Shown here piece by piece: positions 59,001-64,000 of a stretch of DNA of 64,000 nt; the first letter of the stretch is position 1, and every line of letters starts with the position of its first letter. Source of the stretch: a virus (lineage: Duplodnaviria > Caudoviricetes). The notes under the pieces were generated by a model. The model was not told the origin of the DNA. It did no database searches and was given only the letters and a program-made list of their open reading frames with translations. The position numbers were made by a program, and so were the translations under genes. The stretch is from positions 1 through 64,000 of IMG/VR virus record IMGVR_UViG_3300033075_001751, one strand, 5' to 3'.

Positions 59001-61041
59001 ATGTCTTTTTTCCTTTGATTGCAATTGATGCACTACCGAAACCTATGAGAGCTGCGACAAAAAAAGCAATGTCCGACAACAACTTGTGTTTGGGATGCCC
59101 GGGGGACTTTTCAAAATTACCCAATACTTCTCCTGACATTTCCCCGAAAAGCTTTAGCTCCCGAGCTGCAAGTGTCGGTTTCCAGAATTGTGTTTCAGGT
59201 GAATGAAAAGTAAAATGAGACTGGGAGTATCGAAACAATTCTACGTTACCAGGCATCCCCACGGATTGATAACCTCCGTCGGTTTCTTGCCGGGTAAGGG
59301 ATGGATCCTTGTAGAGAGGATTGTACGGATAGTTTTGATACAGTCCGTCTTCACTGAAGGTGGGTTGCGCAGGATCAAGGTTGATGTCGTATTGACGCAT
59401 GTTATTGATCAACCCTTTTGCTATGACACTGCGTTGTCCTTCCCTTGAACCACGCAAGATTTCATATCCTACGATACCAGGGATTGGTACTCCGTCATTA
59501 TCCACTGGTACGCGGATACCTTCAAAGAAAACCCCGAGGATGAGGATGTTGCGGGACAGCGGACCCACATGGTTGGATGTAACATTGTCTGGCATCTTGT
59601 GGTGCCGGATCTTCTTTCCGCACAGGTCGTTGTCGAAGTTGATGACGGGATTGGACCACGGGTGTGCTGATCCGTTCCAGATGTCGGGTCTGTCCGAAGG
59701 ATATCTTTCGGTTGATTCCCAGTAGCCCATGACACCCATGTTATCAATCACACCTCCATCTGGAAGCACCCCTCCTATGTTGGGTATTGCACCTCCTGTA
59801 TTGTAAACCTGCCAGCGGGGTGTACCGAATCCTTCCAACACGTCATTGCCGGCTACGGGTTGAACATCGAATGCAGTCGGAGGTCTACCAGGAATGTGGT
59901 AAGAACTCGTTTTTTCGCCTGTGTCATAAATCCAGCGAATGAAAAACGAGTATACTTCGTCGCGCATGTATCCGACGTTGTGACCACCGTTTTCATAATA
60001 GGTTGCAGGGTAACGCACTTCCGCCCACTTTGCACGAATGTTGTTTGCAAGAGGCTGGTAGTTGAAATCAAACCTGGTACGCGGTCCAATCCGCAACAAA
60101 TAACCTCCCGTTTCTTGCATGATATCGCTGCGCTCGAATACCGGTGTTCTCAATGGTATGAGATTCAAGGGTATCTCTGCAAGCTGCTCGGCGATGTTTC
60201 CTATATCCACCCGAGTTTGATGCGTATCATACAAACCTATTTTGCGAGCTGATGTCTGATTGTCATTTACCCTTACGAGAACGAGTTCGAATTCTTCAAA
60301 ATGGTCAGTGTCAAGATTGGAAAATTCTACCAAAAGTGATCCTCCGGTATTGTTGTGAACGAACAAACTCTGCACATTGGATGGTGAAAAGTAATCTGTC
60401 ACCCTTTGACCGTTGACAGTGTATGCCACCAGTGCCATGTAAGAACCATTCTTTACAGAACCTCCTCCGTCTCCCTTGCGCAAATTCAAGCAAGGTGTAG
60501 AAATCAAAGGAGCAAGACGGATTTTTTCACAATCCAATTGAAGAGGAAGTACGTTGACACACTCGACGCATTGAGTGTTCGGATCATTTGGATTGACTAC
60601 TGTGTCAACGCATATCCAAGGAATCCGGCTAGTGTTCATTGTACGATCGGGATTCAGTCCGTCTGTCCAGTACACTTGCCAGGTGCAATCAAAATTTACT
60701 TTTACCTGACCTGTTATGAGATGATAGGTGCTGAAATTAAGACACCTGTCGTTTACCAATTTAGTATAGGTGCAAAGAGTTTCGTCGAAAATTCCAATCT
60801 CGGAATCAGTATTGTCAGTTGAAAACACAACCCACTTACCTGACTCTGCGTGCAAAAATCCTATTGAAATATACGGAAGTTGGACACAAAACTTATTTGC
60901 CGGCTCATTTCCTACCACACCAATATCACCGTCAGTGGAGTTGTCAACCCCATTGCGCATGTGCCACCAGCTACCTTCGGCAGGATAAAGATCGGACTGA
61001 TCCTTTATGAGTCCTTTGTTGTATGTATTTGGTTTTTCCAT
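56095..61041 (-). CDS. tail stabilisation / muzzle-like protein
   Basis: 1648 aa; beta-propeller-like ends (YWTDGLNP.R, WTLSY....W.S.HDW.P), GYMRDEVYSF, KIRHHKMP; follows the ring proteins. Confidence 0.75.
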   Translation of the reverse strand: MEKPNTYNKGLIKDQSDLYPAEGSWWHMRNGVDNSTDGDIGVVGNEPANKFCVQLPYISIGFLHAESGKWVVFSTDNTDSEIGIFDETLCTYTKLVNDRCLNFSTYHLITGQVKVNFDCTWQVYWTDGLNPDRTMNTSRIPWICVDTVVNPNDPNTQCVECVNVLPLQLDCEKIRLAPLISTPCLNLRKGDGGGSVKNGSYMALVAYTVNGQRVTDYFSPSNVQSLFVHNNTGGSLLVEFSNLDTDHFEEFELVLVRVNDNQTSARKIGLYDTHQTRVDIGNIAEQLAEIPLNLIPLRTPVFERSDIMQETGGYLLRIGPRTRFDFNYQPLANNIRAKWAEVRYPATYYENGGHNVGYMRDEVYSFFIRWIYDTGEKTSSYHIPGRPPTAFDVQPVAGNDVLEGFGTPRWQVYNTGGAIPNIGGVLPDGGVIDNMGVMGYWESTERYPSDRPDIWNGSAHPWSNPVINFDNDLCGKKIRHHKMPDNVTSNHVGPLSRNILILGVFFEGIRVPVDNDGVPIPGIVGYEILRGSREGQRSVIAKGLINNMRQYDINLDPAQPTFSEDGLYQNYPYNPLYKDPSLTRQETDGGYQSVGMPGNVELFRYSQSHFTFHSPETQFWKPTLAARELKLFGEMSGEVLGNFEKSPGHPKHKLLSDIAFFVAALIGFGSASIAIKGKKTSHRKDVSFESEGYIAPLIAGLDPDWAIFAGAAPLYKGAKLAAELGNTTIPIPNLLASLLAGTDAYEQIVSKGVDIGASAIPGVKSNEDQQSVEATDYGQLGSIANVLSGFTIFSSYWSMGADSTLQLIKAVVPFNQYAMRYISHGFNNRFAQGGALAGNTRRRINDAIYIDNSIENLGATRKVNNLFRGNAVAIEINSTFSDPSVEDTTLQTIGTASGTIPQIRVSTNYGGGFIPNEGLPFGSQRPSFQKPEIPFKTTTCSYYAGIKVALPNQYGQLDSILQMPAGCITNVSQQELTTAFTNNQPLARTKVYFGGDTYITRYTEKNTFFYFSDWLYQQPNGYEYDYRLRYMITYPRFWADFQEFEAAEFTQGIFAVLQGSAWTGLPSKKARLDGDVFNGTGLFSAITNGVSFRVKDRYFYLFQSAVRDFFVESEINTAQRDWGDLPQEKHYDPYGFTDLRSLFDVPIIKDVNFYRYDRSLSVSRLFNNFFSWGNIQERDYDPLIAQTCYTYYPKRIIYSLPNQLESRKDYWKVWLANNYRDFMNFPVAVKPVNKSGALILFRSDSPVEFQGVDTLNTDLGTKVTIGDGGLFSQPMQSVMNADISYEYGSCQDMLSVINTAAGLFWVSQNQGKIFQIAGGTDEISRRGIKWWLQRNLPYRLTEDFPTFSLQGNPVSGIGIQCVYDNQDEILYICKKDWKLKPNLTETVVWLQDDQFRINNQFNVALGDGRYFDNASWTLSYNTKTKNWVSHHDWHPTLLVASKNNFLSVARSTIWRHGVRTDLYCNYYGAQYPWEVAGYVSSVPAVESVRSVEYLLETRLYNSNNDWFSVPDVAFDEAILFNNEQCSGMLQMLPTPKNNVAARLQYPIILLNGIRILFDIEENKTRFNQFWDVVNDRGEFSGAQIPIFITDLNGYSFSINPAAVNYQKPQFQRKKLRSNILRLFLRKRNSGKIKMLLKLTTVKSLESKR

Positions 61042-61973
61042 TAGAGCGCATTGTCAATGGGCATTGTATCCAACCAGGTAGTACGAGACTTGAACATATC
61101 GTAGAATCGTGCATACTGGGCTCTACGATTCATAGCCCACAATTTTGCCATCTCCGAAAAGTTCGGCATCGTTACAAGACTGCGTGCTGCACGACGCGCC
61201 GGTACAAGACGGGCTTCGATAAGTTGTACAATTGCTTGATCAACCTGCTCTCCATTCAGAATTGCATTTTCAACAATTCTTTGTTTGAGAGCATATTCGG
61301 TATACTCATTCAAAATCTCATGATCCGGTACCAGAAGATTTCCTTCGGCATCTACCATCGATCCTTGGTAGTTGATGTAAAGTGTACCGGATTCAAAGGA
61401 TGTATCAACAAACCCGTCTTTGATTGACGCTGTATAGGGAGTGTTCCATCGCATTTTGACGTTGGGACAATCACAATCTATGTCTTTGGAATTGATGAAA
61501 CGCACCCGGGCAAAGTCTTTGTACTCTCTGCTCTGCCAGTTGAGATGCTGGATCAACTTGTATTCGGTCCCACACTTTGTAAGACATGTGCCGGTTACAA
61601 CCGGTGTCGGTTCGCACACAGGTTCTACCATACCGCAGTCCAGCAATTCTGGAATTTGCCGGTAAGGAGGAAGTACTGTTTCGATAATGTTGCCTTGTGC
61701 CGGCATGGTAATGACAGTATACTTTCCGCACAGAAAAGCATAGTTCAAAACAAAAAAGTCTTCGGGAAGACGAGCCCGGTAATTCCGTACTTCGATTGCT
61801 TGTTCTTTTGACTGAAGGATCCGCAGACCCATTTTGTAATTTGTCAGTCTTGCGACTTTGATAAGTTGTGCTGCGTCTATCTTTCCTTCCGCTGCAAAGT
61901 TGGGCATGTCGATCCTGATGTCGTCAAGGACAGACTCGAACGTTCGATAGCGGAGGGTGTAGTTCGCATTCAT
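61041..61973 (-). CDS. tail tubular / ring protein
   Basis: A.LP.DF, F..G.LYINY.G..D.EG.LLVPD; position between ring protein and muzzle gene. Confidence 0.65.
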   Translation of the reverse strand: MNANYTLRYRTFESVLDDIRIDMPNFAAEGKIDAAQLIKVARLTNYKMGLRILQSKEQAIEVRNYRARLPEDFFVLNYAFLCGKYTVITMPAQGNIIETVLPPYRQIPELLDCGMVEPVCEPTPVVTGTCLTKCGTEYKLIQHLNWQSREYKDFARVRFINSKDIDCDCPNVKMRWNTPYTASIKDGFVDTSFESGTLYINYQGSMVDAEGNLLVPDHEILNEYTEYALKQRIVENAILNGEQVDQAIVQLIEARLVPARRAARSLVTMPNFSEMAKLWAMNRRAQYARFYDMFKSRTTWLDTMPIDNAL

Positions 61974-61974
61974 C

Positions 61975-62613
61975 TTATTGTCTCAATACATTCATTTTAT
62001 CTGTGATTGCCTGGTCTACAGGAATCTGAGCAGCGATCATGAAATCGGCTTTTACCAAACGTTCCACTTCACCCATGATAAAGTCAGGAAAGGGTACATC
62101 TGAATCTTGCATTCTGGTACAGTCGTCACGGTTAGGATCCTCTTCGAAAATACCGTATACGGTAATCTGTTCCCATTCTACGTTAGGTGACCAGATTCTA
62201 CCGTTTTCGTACCAGTAGTATTTTGTCTTGTTGTATTTGAAAGAAGAGCTGCGAGTCATTGAAGCGTAACTCGTAGGGTTGGTGCGAGTCATTTCAATGC
62301 TGTTGTCTATGGATGACACAGCTTTGATGAGTGGACCAGCTGGACCTTCCATCGGTTTTGGAATTGTACGGACACTTCTTTTCAGTTTGACCAATCCCAT
62401 GCATTCGGATTTGTCCACTTCTTCCATCTCAAGACATTCGGTAGGTTTGAAGTAAAGCTCCATCTTCCAGGTAGGACCGAGTTTGTCTTTACGTTTCATA
62501 ACGGTTTTGGCGTAAAGCATCAACAGGCTCCAAATGGTCCTGTCTGTAACAAACGAATCCTCCATAAGCTTGAGGACTGTTCGCATTTGAGATATTGCTT
62601 CGCCAACTTTCAT
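61975..62613 (-). CDS. putative tail ring/adaptor protein
   Basis: D.F.TDR.I, C.EM.EVD..EC, YYW..NG, V.G.FEED, D..FP motifs of crAss-like ring proteins. Confidence 0.6.
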   Translation of the reverse strand: MKVGEAISQMRTVLKLMEDSFVTDRTIWSLLMLYAKTVMKRKDKLGPTWKMELYFKPTECLEMEEVDKSECMGLVKLKRSVRTIPKPMEGPAGPLIKAVSSIDNSIEMTRTNPTSYASMTRSSSFKYNKTKYYWYENGRIWSPNVEWEQITVYGIFEEDPNRDDCTRMQDSDVPFPDFIMGEVERLVKADFMIAAQIPVDQAITDKMNVLRQ

Positions 62614-63182
62614 ACTTGCAGAGGATCGTATTTTTCTTTGTCGATGTAAGATGCTCGCTTTTCTCGGCTATATGCAAGAAATTCATCACTTATTTTTCCT
62701 GTCCGGGAAAGATAAACGTATTTTTCCCAATCTGTGCGATATCTTTTTGACAGTGTTCGAGTAAATTTACGACACCCTTTAAACGCCCACAACTGACGTT
62801 CTTCCCGCAGATATTTCAAATCATAGGTGGTGTACAGTATCTTACATTGGAATCCGCCGGTTCCGAGATTGGCAAGCTGTACCTCTTTTTCCTTATCGGC
62901 GTTAAAATTTACAGCTGCTCTCCAAGGTTTCCGGGAAGGTTCGACCGAAGCAATCATCAGAGTTCCCAACCAATGAGGCAGACTTACTCCGTTCCGATTG
63001 TCGATGATCTCTCTCATTACCTTTTCGTTGAACTTTTCTATGACTTCTTTCCAATCTGCAAACGAAAGCGGATTGCTTGCAGAAAGGCAATACCTTTCAT
63101 AAAAAGTGCGGGACGTGGTATTGACACGCTCTCGACGATGGCGCGGACCTTTATTCGGTAACAGTTTACGCGCTTCGCTCAT
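62610..63182 (-). CDS. IHF/HU-like DNA-binding protein (crAss-like)
   Basis: Helix with I...N.......I followed by V.LP..LGTL.I and W.F...R.F.R.L. Confidence 0.6.
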   Translation of the reverse strand: MSEARKLLPNKGPRHRRERVNTTSRTFYERYCLSASNPLSFADWKEVIEKFNEKVMREIIDNRNGVSLPHWLGTLMIASVEPSRKPWRAAVNFNADKEKEVQLANLGTGGFQCKILYTTYDLKYLREERQLWAFKGCRKFTRTLSKRYRTDWEKYVYLSRTGKISDEFLAYSREKRASYIDKEKYDPLQV

Positions 63183-63820
63183 CGTATCAATATCTTTTTC
63201 CTTGTGTTTGTTTCAACGTATACAACATTTTTGAGCAATTCTTCAAAGGGTATTTTTTTTGGATTGGTCCCCATGAGAATTTCTGTTAAAGGTTGATACC
63301 TTTTGATAGCTTCTTCTTCTTGATTAACACTTACTGTTTGTCCGCAAGTATCAAGATCCATGATAAAAGTATCGTACACCGTATGCTGCAAACCAGTGGG
63401 TTTACAGTAAAACATCACACTGTCCACCTGGTTTGAATCCCAATACATGCATACCTGGGTTTCTACCGGCACTTCTCCGTACATGTTGAATATACCCATC
63501 AGCGGTACAGAAAGCAATGCACAGGTGTCCCACAGCAAAAGATGACAGTCTGCTACCAACTGACATCCGATCATAGCAGATGAGGAATCAGAACATCCAA
63601 ATTGCATCAATCCTTCAAAACCTATTGCGCCTGCATAGGGGAGGGTCCAGCAATTGTACCTGTTTGCGTTATCACACGGCATAGGACAAAGACTGGTATA
63701 CGCTTCTCCGGTAGACCACAAAAAGTTGCCGGCAGGATTGTCGATTGATACGGTATCCTGCGGACATTGTGCGGCACACAGAAAAGGAATAAAAAACAAT
63801 ATGCAAACTAGATTTTTCAT
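63179..63820 (-). CDS. Cys-rich secreted protein with Sec signal peptide and possible T9SS-like C-terminal tail
   Basis: MKNLVCILFFIPFLCAA/Q signal peptide with N-terminal Gln; many Cys; ends ...TRKKILIR. Confidence 0.6.
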   Translation of the reverse strand: MKNLVCILFFIPFLCAAQCPQDTVSIDNPAGNFLWSTGEAYTSLCPMPCDNANRYNCWTLPYAGAIGFEGLMQFGCSDSSSAMIGCQLVADCHLLLWDTCALLSVPLMGIFNMYGEVPVETQVCMYWDSNQVDSVMFYCKPTGLQHTVYDTFIMDLDTCGQTVSVNQEEEAIKRYQPLTEILMGTNPKKIPFEELLKNVVYVETNTRKKILIR

Positions 63821-63999
63821 GAGCAGACAGCTATTGATGTCGAAGTTGCGAATACGTTATCCGGATTGTAAATGAATACTGAATCAGTAATTGCACAAAC
63901 CGTAGTATCAAGATCCCATCCCATCGGGAGTTCAACAAGGTTGCGACTGCAGTCAGTATACCAAACTGTTGCAGGTAGCGATCCATCTCCAGGATCAGC
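63817..63999 (-). CDS. 3' end of a CDS running off the window edge
   Basis: Open frame ADPGDGSLPATVWYTDCS...AVCS* whose TGA overlaps the ATG at 63820. Confidence 0.55.
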   Translation of the reverse strand, partial: ADPGDGSLPATVWYTDCSRNLVELPMGWDLDTTVCAITDSVFIYNPDNVFATSTSIAVCS

Positions 64000-64000
64000 T

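Noticed and set aside
1-64000. Stop-codon reassignment (TAG/TGA recoding known in some crAss-like phages)
   Set aside because: Giant ORFs are intact under code 11, and TAA, TGA and TAG all act as stops at tightly coupled gene junctions.
1-64000. tRNA, rRNA, CRISPR array, IS element or integrase
   Set aside because: No cloverleaf, regularly spaced direct repeats or transposase/integrase motifs were seen; there is almost no intergenic space.

Overview
This 64 kb window is a fragment of a crAss-like (Crassvirales-related) Bacteroidota phage genome. It uses the standard genetic code and has two convergent arms that meet near 22,980. The + strand arm (1-22,992) is a replication/recombination module: a degenerate UDG, DnaB helicase, AAA_24/Sak4-like ATPase, SSB, primase, RuvC-like resolvase, vWA-metallopeptidase, MoxR-like AAA, BRCT-like protein, PD-(D/E)XK exonuclease, family B DNA polymerase, DUF932-like protein, RNase H, C5 DNA methyltransferase and many small paralogous ORFs. 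The - strand arm (22,976-64,000) is the virion module: an IHF-like protein, two ring/tubular proteins, a tail stabilisation/muzzle protein, GG-motif cargo proteins and three giant ejection proteins (2206, 3480 and about 1917 aa). The middle giant is a virion RNA polymerase (AGSDFDIDK). Three observations stand out. (1) By eye, the three giant proteins are Cys-free except for single Cys residues at the termini that face each other in gene order, which suggests head-to-tail disulfide chaining. (2) About nine ORFs share a ~30-aa helical tag, mostly clustered around the vWA/MoxR/BRCT genes. (3) Two cargo proteins are segmented by repeated xxGG motifs into swappable enzyme modules. All assignments come from motif reading only; no database searches were run.
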